In this document: one piece after another, positions 42,598 through 52,805 of the stretch | How the letters are laid out: every line of letters begins with the position of its first letter | How positions within the stretch are numbered: the stretch's first letter is position 1 | DNA from: Prevotella sp. | GTDB taxonomy: Bacteria > Bacteroidota > Bacteroidia > Bacteroidales > Bacteroidaceae | Direction of reading: 5' to 3' | DNA length: 64,000 nt | Assembly (NCBI GenBank): GCA_017460515.1 | Contig: JAFUAY010000022.1 | Span: 14,945-78,944 of the forward strand | Program-made: the position numbers and the translations under genes | The notes under the pieces: model-generated | The model's database searches: none | Told to the model about the DNA's origin: nothing | Seen by the model: only the letters and a program-made list of their open reading frames with translations

Positions 42598-44181
42598 ATG
42601 GTCTATAAGTACGACTTCCTGATTATCGGAGCAGGCGTAGCCGGCATGAGCTACGCGCTGAAAGTGGCAAGAGCCCAGAAAGGCTCAGTGTGTATCATCT
42701 GCAAGACAAGTCTCGACGAGGCGAACACCTCGTTTGCACAGGGTGGCGTGGCAAGCGTCACCAACCTCATGGTTGACAATTTCGACAAGCACATCGAGGA
42801 CACGATGATTGCTGGCGACCATATCTCTGACCCCAAGGCCGTTGAGATGGTGGTGAAGAATGCGCCTGAACAGATTGAGGAGATGGTGCAGTGGGGTGTT
42901 CAGTTCGACCGCAAGGAAGACGGGTCGTTCGACCTGCATCGCGAGGGCGGACACTCTGAGTTCCGCATCCTTCATCATGCCGATGATACCGGTGCCGAGA
43001 TCCAGCGCGGACTGATGGAAGCCGTTCGTAGCCAGGATAACATCACCGTCAAGGAGAACCACTTCGCCGTGGAGATTATTACCCAGCACCACCTGGGGGC
43101 GAAGGTGACGCGCCGCACACCCTACATCTACTGTTATGGTGCCTACGTGCTGAACCCTGAGCAGAAGGTGGACACCTACCTGGCCAAGGTGACGGTGATG
43201 TGTACGGGTGGCTGCGGAGCCGTCTATCAGACTACTACGAACCCCGTTATTGCTACGGGCGATGGCGAGGCAATGGTTTATCGTGCCAAGGGAACGGTGC
43301 AGGACATGGAGTTTGTGCAGTTCCACCCCACCGCCCTCTATTCGCCAGGCGAGACCCATCCCGCCTTCCTCATCACTGAGGCCATGCGCGGTTACGGAGG
43401 CATTCTGCGACTGCCCAACGGCGAGTCGTTCATGGAGAAATATGACGAGCGCCTCTCGCTGGCTCCGCGCGATATCGTGGCCCGTGCCATCGATAAGGAG
43501 ATGAAGATTCACGGACTGGACCACGTCTGTCTGGACGTCACCCACAAGGATGCTGCCGAGACGCGCCATCACTTCCCCAACATCTACCAGAAATGCCTCT
43601 CGATGGGCATCGACATCACCACCGACTATATCCCCGTTCGTCCTGCAGCCCACTACATGTGCGGAGGCATCAAGGTCGACCTGAACGGACAGTCCAGCAT
43701 TGAGCGCCTCTACGCCCTGGGCGAATGTTCGTGTACGGGTCTGCATGGCGGCAATCGTCTGGCCTCCAACTCGCTTATCGAGGCAGTGGTCTATGCCGAC
43801 GCTGCTGCGAAGCACTCACTGGAGCACATCGACCTCTATGATTTCAATGAGAAAGTGCCTGAATGGAACGATGAGGGCACGCTGACTAACGAGGAGAAGG
43901 TGCTCATCACGCAGTCGGTTAAGGAGGTGGGCGAAATTATGTCGAACTACGTGGGCATCGTGCGCAGCGACCTGCGTCTGCATCGTGCTTGGGTGCGCCT
44001 CGACATGCTCTACGAAGAGACTGAACAGCTGTTCAAGCGTGTGAAGGCCTCACGCGACATCTGCGAACTTCGCAACATGATCAACGTGGGCTACCTCATC
44101 ACCCGTTTCGCATTGGAGCGAAAAGAAAGCCGAGGGTTGCATTACACCCTCGACTATCCCGTTCATGCGTATGATAAATAA
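42598..44181 (+). CDS. nadB: L-aspartate oxidase
   Basis: IIGAGVAG, AQGGVA, REGGHS, QFHPT, LAPRDIVAR, GLHGGNRLASNSL, ESRGLH. Confidence 0.97.
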   Translation: MVYKYDFLIIGAGVAGMSYALKVARAQKGSVCIICKTSLDEANTSFAQGGVASVTNLMVDNFDKHIEDTMIAGDHISDPKAVEMVVKNAPEQIEEMVQWGVQFDRKEDGSFDLHREGGHSEFRILHHADDTGAEIQRGLMEAVRSQDNITVKENHFAVEIITQHHLGAKVTRRTPYIYCYGAYVLNPEQKVDTYLAKVTVMCTGGCGAVYQTTTNPVIATGDGEAMVYRAKGTVQDMEFVQFHPTALYSPGETHPAFLITEAMRGYGGILRLPNGESFMEKYDERLSLAPRDIVARAIDKEMKIHGLDHVCLDVTHKDAAETRHHFPNIYQKCLSMGIDITTDYIPVRPAAHYMCGGIKVDLNGQSSIERLYALGECSCTGLHGGNRLASNSLIEAVVYADAAAKHSLEHIDLYDFNEKVPEWNDEGTLTNEEKVLITQSVKEVGEIMSNYVGIVRSDLRLHRAWVRLDMLYEETEQLFKRVKASRDICELRNMINVGYLITRFALERKESRGLHYTLDYPVHAYDK

Positions 44182-44192
44182 TTCAGCGTCAT

Positions 44193-44228
44193 AAGGAGTT
44201 CAGGTGTTCTGAACTCCTTGTTTTTTTT
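44193..44228. terminator. Rho-independent terminator after nadB
   Basis: AAGGAGTTCAG-GTGTT-CTGAACTCCTT plus T-run. Confidence 0.85.
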
Positions 44229-45930
44229 ATAATCCCAGGAAGGTCTTGACATAGCCCAGGAGCGTCTGCTTCTCAGTCTCAGAGTAGTACTGTGGATTGA
44301 GGAATTTGTCGTTGTGGGTTCCATTTCGGCAGATAGAGAGACGCACGCGGGGGTTGGTGCCCGGATCGATGGCGCCGCCCGTCCAGGGGTCGTTCTGTGA
44401 GTAGCAGAAGATCATGTTGTACTTGTTCTGCGTCTTCACCCACTGCAGGAAGCTCTTCATCAGTTGTCCGCCGTCCCACTGGTCGGCATAGCGCTTATAG
44501 AGCTGCGACGTCTCCGACTGACGGGATATCGTTGCCGTCAGGAATCCGAAGTCGTTGGTAGAGCCGGGGAAGTGGAGTCCGTCGAGTGCCGAGACATCTA
44601 AGCGTATGTTTCCCAGTTCGCGAACGGCCTGAACGTAGTAAGGCATCGCGTCGTCGGTTGACCTGACCTCCAGCAGCTCGTTGTCGGTAAGGGTCTTTGG
44701 CATCATGCCTGTAGGCTGTTTGCTGGCGTGGCCTGGTTCGAGGTAAGGAATGGCACTGTTGCTGATGATGGCCGACAGCTCATCCATGCTCATGAATATG
44801 AACTCAGCAACCTGTTGCGCAGCCTTCTGCTTCAATTGCTTCTCCTCGTCGGTGGTGGCATTGATGAGTGCCTTGTCGACATCAGGCACGAGGTCGGCCC
44901 AACCTGAGAATAACAGATAGCTGAACTTCATGAACAGCTCTTGGTAATAGCAGTAGATGACGCCTGCAGTGACGTTCTCCTCATTGCGTGCGAAATCCTT
45001 GATGACGTCCAAATATTCTTGGGGATTTTTCTTGTGAAAGTAGCGCAGGCAGGTCTCATAGAGTTCCTTGTCCTGAAGGAGGGCAGCAGGAATCTTTCGA
45101 ATGAGCTGGTAGCCCCGTTCCTCCTTAGAGCCAGCGGGATAGCCCTTGCCACACTCGTTGTAGAGATACTGTCCCATCTTAAGGTCGTCGCAACTGGTGG
45201 GTGTTGCTGGTAGGAAGGGCGCACAGAAGGGCATGTAGAGGTCAATGTCGTCCCAACCGTACTTATCGCTATAGTAGGCGTAGAGTCCAGTGGTGATGCC
45301 GTCCTTGCTGACACCTGTGCTGGTCCATTTTCCACTCTCCTTGAACACGGTCTGCTTCATCAGGCTGATGACGAGGTGCAGGTCGCGTGCTGCCTGGTCG
45401 GCATAGAGGTAGGTGAAGTCCAGGTTCTCAAAGGGTTCCGGCAGTGACTTGCCGAAATAGCGGTGCTCCACAAACAGCGTGTTGGCCTTGAGATAATTCG
45501 TCATTTCGGGCACATACACTTCGCCTGCGTTGTTCATCATATTATAGCCGTGGGTGTAGAGCACCACGGGAGCCGTCAGGTCTCTGTCGGCATTCAGAAG
45601 GATGCGCACGCGCTGTTTGAACGTGCCCTTACTATAGTCGTAATGGTCAACGAACTGCGGAACGGTGAAGGTGTAGAAGCGGTTTACCTGCCCTGTTTCC
45701 TCGTCTTTCGCTGTTTCCACTACCACGTCTGCCACACCGTCGATGGCAGCAAGCTGCGCTGAGAAGTCATCCGCCAGAGGTGCGTCCTCTTCCGGCTTGG
45801 GCTGCTGCTGGTTCTGTTTGGCGGACGTGATATCGGTGAGGTCGTCGCTCTCCGTACATCCTGTGGTGAACATGCTGAGCGTGATGGCCACTGCCAGCAT
45901 GAAGATATTTCTCTGTTTCATCATCATCAT
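44227..45930 (-). CDS. Lipoprotein serine peptidase, S28/S37 (PS-10-like) alpha/beta hydrolase
   Basis: Lipobox FTTGC; Q-FVDH...FKQR, VEHRYFGKS, nucleophile GVSKDG, NDPW, GTHND. Confidence 0.85.
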   Translation of the reverse strand: MMMMKQRNIFMLAVAITLSMFTTGCTESDDLTDITSAKQNQQQPKPEEDAPLADDFSAQLAAIDGVADVVVETAKDEETGQVNRFYTFTVPQFVDHYDYSKGTFKQRVRILLNADRDLTAPVVLYTHGYNMMNNAGEVYVPEMTNYLKANTLFVEHRYFGKSLPEPFENLDFTYLYADQAARDLHLVISLMKQTVFKESGKWTSTGVSKDGITTGLYAYYSDKYGWDDIDLYMPFCAPFLPATPTSCDDLKMGQYLYNECGKGYPAGSKEERGYQLIRKIPAALLQDKELYETCLRYFHKKNPQEYLDVIKDFARNEENVTAGVIYCYYQELFMKFSYLLFSGWADLVPDVDKALINATTDEEKQLKQKAAQQVAEFIFMSMDELSAIISNSAIPYLEPGHASKQPTGMMPKTLTDNELLEVRSTDDAMPYYVQAVRELGNIRLDVSALDGLHFPGSTNDFGFLTATISRQSETSQLYKRYADQWDGGQLMKSFLQWVKTQNKYNMIFCYSQNDPWTGGAIDPGTNPRVRLSICRNGTHNDKFLNPQYYSETEKQTLLGYVKTFLGL

Positions 45931-45982
45931 TTTCAATTTTCAATTGATTTTTGTTTCGCTATTATCAACTCCCTGGCGTTTA

Positions 45983-47572
45983 TCATTTTCCCGTGCGGAT
46001 ATACTGCAGGGCGCGATCCAGCTGGGTGTCGCGACCCGAAGCAGGTGAATAGAACAGGTTCTCGTCGAGCGCCACCTCAATGTCGGGCGAGATGCCTACA
46101 CCTTCCAGCTGCTGCTTGTCCATGGTGAACGATGCCAACGAGGGCACGTAGCCGTAGACGGGTGTCTTACCCTCTACACCTATATAGCCAGCATAGTTCT
46201 GCGAGTGCTTTTCGCTGGCGGTGAGTCCGCAGAGTCCGCCATAGGTGCGCTTGCCGATGACCTTTCCGTTAGGCATGACTTTCACCGCCTGGGCTGTTAT
46301 CTCAGACATGCTCACCGAACGGCTGTTGACCAGCAGCACGACGGGTTTGTCGTTGATGATCTCATGCTCTTCATCCATGGTAGGCATGATGTTAGGCATC
46401 AGGGGCGAATAGTCGTAACGTCCCGTGCCGCGCTTGAAGCGACTGTAGCCAAACTGGAATCCGCCTGCAGGCAGCAGTGCGCCAGCTACGAAGGTACCAT
46501 CAAACTGTATGCCGCCGCCATTGCTGCGCACGTCGATGATGACGCCTCCCAGCTTACCGGCCTTGTGGAGCATCTGGATGGCATAGAACCATGACTTCCA
46601 CACCGTCACGATGCCCTTAAGGTGGGCAACTGTTTGCTCGTTCTGCAAGTTGAAGTAATAGTTTTGAGCTTCTTCAACCAGATAAGGCGTCAGGTTGAAG
46701 TCACTGAAATATAAGTAGGCGATATTGCCCTTCAGCAGTGCGAACTTTATTTTGACATGTGATTCGGTGAATCCTGGGTCAATCGTATTCAGACCGGGCA
46801 CTTTCAGGAAGGAGTACTGCTGAACCAGCGCGTTGAAAGCAGGAATGCCAAGTTGCCCGTAGGTTTGCATGAGTGCCTTTTCCAACTGGGTGCGCAGAGT
46901 TTTCAGTTGATCATATTTGTACAGGTCCAGCTCGGTGGGGAGGGTCATATTGTCTATGCGGGCCATCTCTGCCTCAATCCACTTCATGCCGATGCCGGGC
47001 GTGTCCTCATAGTAGGCAGAGAGCGAAGCCCAGTCGGTGCCGTACTCCAGTGCGATGGGCTGTCCGTCCTCCATCTCCACCTCGTCGTTGGCAGGATCGA
47101 GATAGTAATCCAGGCTCGGAGTGAAGCCGTTAGCAATCTTTGCATCATCACGCGATGCAAAACGGTCTCTGGAAGGCGAATAGGCCACAGTGCTTCCCGT
47201 GGCATGATTCTTCCAGAACATGGCAAAATGTCCGTCGTGAATGGGCGAGAGCACCTTACGGAGCATCTCCGTCAGTTCTTCGTCAGTGACGGGGATTGAA
47301 TCGTTGCGCTTGTCGAGGGCCTCAAACTGCGGCAGGTATTCGTCGTAGACGGCATCCCAGTCAAGTCCCTGCTCGGCCTCGTAGTCCCAGAGCGCATAGT
47401 ATTGGTTCATGCCGTTCCACATCACCTTGAACTTGCCTGCGAAGCTTTCATTCGCATCCCCAAACGACAGGAGTTCATTATGGTCATACGACAACAGCGC
47501 GTCGCTCTCTTCGCGGCAGGAGGTTGTCAGCAGCATCAGGAGCACTGCTCCAATCATGTATATCTTTTTCAT
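45983..47572 (-). CDS. S41-family peptidase lipoprotein
   Basis: Lipobox LLTTSC; IHDGH, IIDVRSNGGG, SVSMSE, GKRTYGG, EGVGISPD, DTQLDRALQYI. Confidence 0.9.
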   Translation of the reverse strand: MKKIYMIGAVLLMLLTTSCREESDALLSYDHNELLSFGDANESFAGKFKVMWNGMNQYYALWDYEAEQGLDWDAVYDEYLPQFEALDKRNDSIPVTDEELTEMLRKVLSPIHDGHFAMFWKNHATGSTVAYSPSRDRFASRDDAKIANGFTPSLDYYLDPANDEVEMEDGQPIALEYGTDWASLSAYYEDTPGIGMKWIEAEMARIDNMTLPTELDLYKYDQLKTLRTQLEKALMQTYGQLGIPAFNALVQQYSFLKVPGLNTIDPGFTESHVKIKFALLKGNIAYLYFSDFNLTPYLVEEAQNYYFNLQNEQTVAHLKGIVTVWKSWFYAIQMLHKAGKLGGVIIDVRSNGGGIQFDGTFVAGALLPAGGFQFGYSRFKRGTGRYDYSPLMPNIMPTMDEEHEIINDKPVVLLVNSRSVSMSEITAQAVKVMPNGKVIGKRTYGGLCGLTASEKHSQNYAGYIGVEGKTPVYGYVPSLASFTMDKQQLEGVGISPDIEVALDENLFYSPASGRDTQLDRALQYIRTGK

Positions 47573-47605
47573 ACTCAATGTCTCAGTTTTTATTTCAGTT
47601 CTCAA

Positions 47606-48274
47606 TTAGAATATGTAGCTGGCACCAATCTGAATGGCGGTAGTGCTGTTGTAGCGATAGTCCTTCACGCGCATGTACTGCTTCCTTGTGCTGGTGGTGC
47701 TGTAGTAGTAGCGGGCCTCGGCTTGCAGGGCCACATGCTTGCAGAGGCGGTACTCCACACCTACGCCACCCACGAGTCCGCAGTCCCAGCGCTGGTCGCG
47801 CTCACTGTCAAACTCCACCTTCTCGCTGAACTCATAAGAGTGGTCAGAGAAGTTGTTGATGTCGGTGCCCTTGCGACTGCTGTTCATCCAATAGCCCACG
47901 TAGCCGCCCAGGTTGCAGAAGCCGCGCAGCTTCTCGCCACCGAAGCTGAACGAGGCCATCACGGGCAGTTGCAGGTAGTTGTTACGGTACTTGTGGTCCA
48001 CCATGCTCCATGCAGAGCGGTACTGGCGGTAGTTCTTCTGCGTCCAGTTCAGGTCGGCACGCACGCCCAGCCAGTCGGTGAAGTCATACTGACCAGTCAC
48101 ACCCACGGTGGCACCCCATCGTCCCTCCATACGGAAGTCGTTCATGTACTGCAAGTCCATCGAGTGAACGTTATAGTCGGCACCTGCCGTCAAGCCCACT
48201 CGCCACTGTGCCTGAGCCGTCAGTGCCATCAGGAGCATGGCGGCCATCAAGAGTCTTTTTCTTGTCATTTTCAT
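47606..48274 (-). CDS. PorT-like outer-membrane beta-barrel protein
   Basis: Signal peptide, YLQLPVMASF motif, alternating beta strands, C-terminal IGASYIF. Confidence 0.85.
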   Translation of the reverse strand: MKMTRKRLLMAAMLLMALTAQAQWRVGLTAGADYNVHSMDLQYMNDFRMEGRWGATVGVTGQYDFTDWLGVRADLNWTQKNYRQYRSAWSMVDHKYRNNYLQLPVMASFSFGGEKLRGFCNLGGYVGYWMNSSRKGTDINNFSDHSYEFSEKVEFDSERDQRWDCGLVGGVGVEYRLCKHVALQAEARYYYSTTSTRKQYMRVKDYRYNSTTAIQIGASYIF

Positions 48275-48475
48275 CTGCTATAGTTAAATATTCTTATTCT
48301 TGTCTCGTTAACGTTTCTGGTTATACAACTTTTTTCAACTGCTCCAGTCAAACAGAACAATTTCGGCTGCAAAAATACAAAAAAAAATAATAACTGCAAA
48401 AATTACACTCAATTTTCCTATTGACTACAGTTTATTCGTACCTTTGCATGCACAAACAAAAACGTAAGAACAGCA

Positions 48476-48970
48476 ATGGAAGTAATTCAGAGTTTCACCA
48501 TCGACCATACCCGACTGAAGCCAGGCATCTACGTCTCTCGCGAAGACAAGGGCTTCACCACCTTCGACCTGCGTATCACCGAACCCAACAAGGAGCCTGC
48601 CGTGGCGCCTGCAGCCATGCACAGCCTGGAGCACCTCATGGCTACGTGGTTCCGCAATTCAGAGGCGAAGGAAGATGTGGTCTACGTGGGACCAATGGGC
48701 TGTCTCACTGGCATGTATATCATCATGACAGGCACCTACAGCGTTCAGGACATGCGTCGTCTGACCATCGACTGTCTGAAGTGGATTCTCACCCAGACCG
48801 AGGTGCCTGCCACGCAACCTGAAGCCTGCGGCAACTATCTGCTCCACGATCTGCCTATGTGTAAATGGGAGAGCCAGCGCTACCTGAACCGCTTGGAGCA
48901 CGATTTCCACTGCGAGTACTCCAAGCTGCATATCACGCTTGACGACGGCAAGGTCTTTGCCGATGCGTAA
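48476..48970 (+). CDS. luxS: S-ribosylhomocysteine lyase (AI-2 synthase)
   Basis: SFTIDHT, FDLRITEPN, HSLEH, GPMGCLTGMY, CGNY. Confidence 0.95.
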   Translation: MEVIQSFTIDHTRLKPGIYVSREDKGFTTFDLRITEPNKEPAVAPAAMHSLEHLMATWFRNSEAKEDVVYVGPMGCLTGMYIIMTGTYSVQDMRRLTIDCLKWILTQTEVPATQPEACGNYLLHDLPMCKWESQRYLNRLEHDFHCEYSKLHITLDDGKVFADA

Positions 48971-48996
48971 ACAGGTCTTTACGCCTGCCTATACGT

Positions 48997-50253
48997 TCAG
49001 CCTATATGGATGCTGGTGTTCTCGTCGTGGGCTATTTCTATACCGCGGGCCACAGCCTCGCTGTCGCCGTTGAGCGTAGCCTGCAACAAACGTTCTGACT
49101 TCTGCAGGGCATCTGCTACACGCTGCCAATTGGTGGTCTCAACAGCATTCACCATCTCACTGGCCACCTCGCGGTTTGGAATCCAGCATTCGTCCTTACA
49201 CCAATTGTAACTAAGGTAACCCAGATGGATGAGTACCGTGAGCACGTCATCCTTGCTGCGAATGACGGACATGTCATTTTGGAACTTTGTGGGGTTTACC
49301 TTGCAGCGTCCACCAGCCAGCATGCTGATAATGTCATCCTTCAGCCCCTCATAGTTCATCTGGATATAGTCGGCTACGGTATCGAAGGCTCCCGTCGAAG
49401 CCCAGAAGCTGCGACAGCGACCACTGTCGATGGCTTGTATCACCGAGTTGGGGTTAAACATTGACAACTCATCACCAACTTGGTAGCCGTCATACCACTT
49501 CTCGAATTCGTCAAAGTCCAGACCGTGCTTGATTGTAAGAGCCTGTACTTCACTTTTTGTAAACCCAAAATACTGCGCCATACGCCTTGGCTCCACCATT
49601 GAATACTCCAAGAAGTTATTGAGGGCCGACTGCGTCTTATACTTCTTAATAGGCAGGATTCCCGTCATATAGACTCCGGCAAACGTCCTGACCGCATCAC
49701 CGCTCTTGAACATTCTCCGAAGCCAGTCCACGTAGACATCCATCTCCTGAGTGTCAGGATCATATTCCCGACAGATGGCATCCCACTCGTCAATAATGAA
49801 GATGAACTGCTGCTGTTTGGCCTCACTTACCCGCAAAAGATAACTGGCCAACCGCTCTTTGGGCTCTACGTCGACATCGGGATAGGCACTGCTGATGTCA
49901 GCAAGCAGGGCGGCATCTATCTTATCGGCAATACCCGTCTCTTTCTCACTGACAAAGTTAGTCATGTCAAGATAGATGACAGGATATTTGTTCAGATGCT
50001 GTTCAAACGATGGGTCTTGCGCAATCTGCAAGTCTGCAAACAGACTGCGTGAGTCGCACGAATGGTCGTAGTAAGCACAAAGCATCTTTGCCGCCATCGA
50101 CTTTCCGAAGCGACGACAACGCGATACGCAACTAAAACATTGTTCGCTAAACAACGTCTTGTTAACAACGGCTATCAGCCCCGATTTGTCAACATACTCA
50201 CTATTACGGGCTCTCTGAAAGCCAGCATTTCCGATGTTGATATAGCTACTCAT
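48997..50253 (-). pseudogene. AAA-ATPase-like / PD-(D/E)XK nuclease family gene, truncated before the nuclease domain
   Basis: YVDKSGLI, RCRRFGKS, IIDEWD, MTGILPIKK, SALNNF, IPNREV present; protein ends abruptly at AHDENTSIHIG* 26 bp from the luxS stop, without the usual C-terminal PD-(D/E)XK domain. Confidence 0.7.
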
Positions 50254-50374
50254 ACTCCGTCTATTCTGAATTTTTCCGCAAAGATATAGAAAAATCCTCA
50301 GTAAGCAAAACTTTCTGGGGATTTTTCTGTTTGATTACTACTGTTTTATGCTTACCTTTTACCCTCTTGGCGAA

Positions 50375-51235
50375 CTAATAAGAATTTCTTATAAGTTCCC
50401 TCCTTGTCGAGTTCATTGTCTGGGATGATTTGCTATCATCATATTTCTCATAGTCGCAAATCTCCATCAGGAACTTACCCAACAACACTTCTTTCTTACA
50501 GATACTTGCAGACACAGATGATTCCTTATCTATTTGCCTTGCAAACGCCTCAATAGCCTGGCATCCCGACTCCAATCTCCTTTGTCGAGCTTCGATGATA
50601 CTGTCCATCTTACTGAGATACTCATCGTCGTCTATCCCTATGCTTTTTTCATCAGCAACACCCAACCAGATATCTTTACCTATTCCTACATACTGAATAC
50701 TAAACTCACTCTTCTCTCGGAATAAGTCCATCACTGCATCGAGTCTGCCATCACCATGATGAAAGAAATGGCGTTTATCCTTTATTCTAATCACTAAATC
50801 AAATGACAACGCCAAGGGATTATTACCCTCTACAAATTCCCTGTCTGCAAAGACCTCACAACTTCTTATCTTTTCCTGCAAGGGATTCTTATACCGCACG
50901 ACAGCCACCTTCTCCTTCCTCTTTTGCCATTTCAGCCATTCTTTATTCTCATAGCTCGAATGGTTAAAAGCACTTTCAATGGCCTTTCTGTCAACACCGC
51001 TGACATATCGTTCACGCAGTTCGTCCCTAGCATTTTCATAAACATCTTTGTAGAAATGGCTGAACTCCGCCCAATCCATCATAGCCAAATTCCATTCATA
51101 GGATTCTATGTTACGATACATGATCTCAGCCAGCTTGACAGTTGGCACAGCCTTTATACCATTAACAAATTCTTCAGTCCATGCTGCCGAATCCCGTTTC
51201 CAGCATTGAGCCAGGATATATTCATAGTCCGTCAT
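50375..51235 (-). CDS. Hypothetical protein
   Basis: 286-aa ORF, no recognised motif. Confidence 0.65.
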   Translation of the reverse strand: MTDYEYILAQCWKRDSAAWTEEFVNGIKAVPTVKLAEIMYRNIESYEWNLAMMDWAEFSHFYKDVYENARDELRERYVSGVDRKAIESAFNHSSYENKEWLKWQKRKEKVAVVRYKNPLQEKIRSCEVFADREFVEGNNPLALSFDLVIRIKDKRHFFHHGDGRLDAVMDLFREKSEFSIQYVGIGKDIWLGVADEKSIGIDDDEYLSKMDSIIEARQRRLESGCQAIEAFARQIDKESSVSASICKKEVLLGKFLMEICDYEKYDDSKSSQTMNSTRRELIRNSY

Positions 51236-51300
51236 TTCTCGGTTTAATTTATTCCTATACTATTTTTATTTGCGATAATTTTCACACTCGAACTTTTCAA

Positions 51301-51774
51301 TTATTTACAAACTTTCCAGATGTCATTCACTGTAATATCGTTTCCGTCCTTACCAATAATATCCATGACAAACCCTGGCCAATGCTGAAATAGTTCGCCG
51401 ATATCTGAAAAATTAGCATCAATTGTTTTCTGCTTCAACAAATCATACAATATTGTCTTTATGAAAAGATGATTTCCGGAACCCAAATAAATTGAATTCC
51501 ATCCATCATTCTCAACCCTACTACCGAAAATTCCAATATCGCACATCTCGAATATTGGAATCACCTTTTTGACAGAATCGTAATCTAACAATCTCTCTCC
51601 TCTGCAATAGTTCGCAGTATATATTTTTCCGGTTCCGTCTATGATAATTATCTGACCACCAGTGCCCATGGCTCCGGGAACAGCAAAAGAGAAAGCCACG
51701 ACATCTATGTCGAGGTATCTTTCATAATTATCATTTACTATTTCAATGACATCTAACTTTTCCTTGTTTGTCAT
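51301..51774 (-). CDS. Hypothetical protein
   Basis: Start MTNKEK at 51774 after a TATTTTTG promoter; AFSFAVPGAMGTGG and YLGSGNHLFI look conserved but family unknown. Confidence 0.65.
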   Translation of the reverse strand: MTNKEKLDVIEIVNDNYERYLDIDVVAFSFAVPGAMGTGGQIIIIDGTGKIYTANYCRGERLLDYDSVKKVIPIFEMCDIGIFGSRVENDGWNSIYLGSGNHLFIKTILYDLLKQKTIDANFSDIGELFQHWPGFVMDIIGKDGNDITVNDIWKVCK

Positions 51775-51852
51775 AACAATTATAATTTCTGTGCAAAAAT
51801 AACAAACAATCTCCACATTCCCAAATCTCCGCAAGGCTTTCGATCTTAGAAC

Positions 51853-52335
51853 TTACCAAGCCCCACTGTGCATTTCTCCTATTTTGCTTCCCCTTGTTAT
51901 GCTTATGCTGAACGTTCCGTCATCCCCCTCACTCTCCCCTTCAGGCGCAGGAATACCATTACCCCACATCGCTGAGAAGCTGTAAACATTATCATTCTTA
52001 GTCCAGCCAATACATCTATAGTCCTCCTGCTTCATCCTGTCCTCAGCTATCTTCTTATCTATTTCATCAAACAGATCATCTGACGGCATCGATTCGAATT
52101 CAATGACGTATGAATCATTGTAATCCCCATTGAAGCCCCTCCTTCCTTTATTGTATTCCACAATCTTGTAAGCAGGCACTTTCACCCCCGTGATTCTTTC
52201 AACCCTTAACGATGAAGACGCATAATATTCCTTCCATTCAAAATATGCATATACAGCAAGAATCAAAACAAGCAATATCCCGATAGTAACCAAGCAGCCC
52301 TTAAATAATTTCAAAATGCATCCTTTCTCTTCCAT
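51853..52335 (-). CDS. Hypothetical membrane-anchored protein
   Basis: N-terminal TM GCLVTIGILLVLILAVYAYF, soluble C-terminal domain. Confidence 0.65.
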   Translation of the reverse strand: MEEKGCILKLFKGCLVTIGILLVLILAVYAYFEWKEYYASSSLRVERITGVKVPAYKIVEYNKGRRGFNGDYNDSYVIEFESMPSDDLFDEIDKKIAEDRMKQEDYRCIGWTKNDNVYSFSAMWGNGIPAPEGESEGDDGTFSISITRGSKIGEMHSGAW

Positions 52336-52346
52336 ACTCGTAATTT

Positions 52347-52772
52347 CTACTTTATTATTATCTGGCCAATAATAGAAAATACAGTGTCAATAGGAATAGA
52401 CCTTACAGCCCCATTCCGAACAAAATCGATATATCTATCTGTTGTTCCGCATATTTCCCAAATAGAAATAACGAGTAACACAACGAAAGAAGTCATAAAA
52501 GCATACGATGCTACTTTCTTGGTCTTAGAATCAATGTCTAATATTCCATGTTGAGATACCAAACTCAAAAGTCCCTTCCCAAAACAGCAAAAGATGGAGA
52601 TTCCAAACAAAAACAATATACTTATTCCGAATTCGTCCAGCTTACCTGGCAGTAGCCAATGGCCAAAGTAATTGGCTACGCCAACAATAATCCATACCAT
52701 AGTCGATAGCCACATCACCTTGAACAATGCAGGATAACGACACTCCACTTTGTCTAACTTTACTTTTTCCAT
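52347..52772 (-). CDS. Hypothetical polytopic membrane protein
   Basis: 3-4 hydrophobic helices. Confidence 0.6.
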   Translation of the reverse strand: MEKVKLDKVECRYPALFKVMWLSTMVWIIVGVANYFGHWLLPGKLDEFGISILFLFGISIFCCFGKGLLSLVSQHGILDIDSKTKKVASYAFMTSFVVLLVISIWEICGTTDRYIDFVRNGAVRSIPIDTVFSIIGQIIIK

Positions 52773-52805
52773 AGTTCATCCCATTATGTAGTTCTTAACT
52801 TTCTC

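Noticed and set aside
42685-43815. 376-aa antisense ORF inside nadB (similar shadows over guaA, alaS, asnA, the nucleotidyltransferase and the PorT-like gene)
   Set aside because: Antisense shadows produced by codon bias of strongly supported genes; no motifs or expression signals
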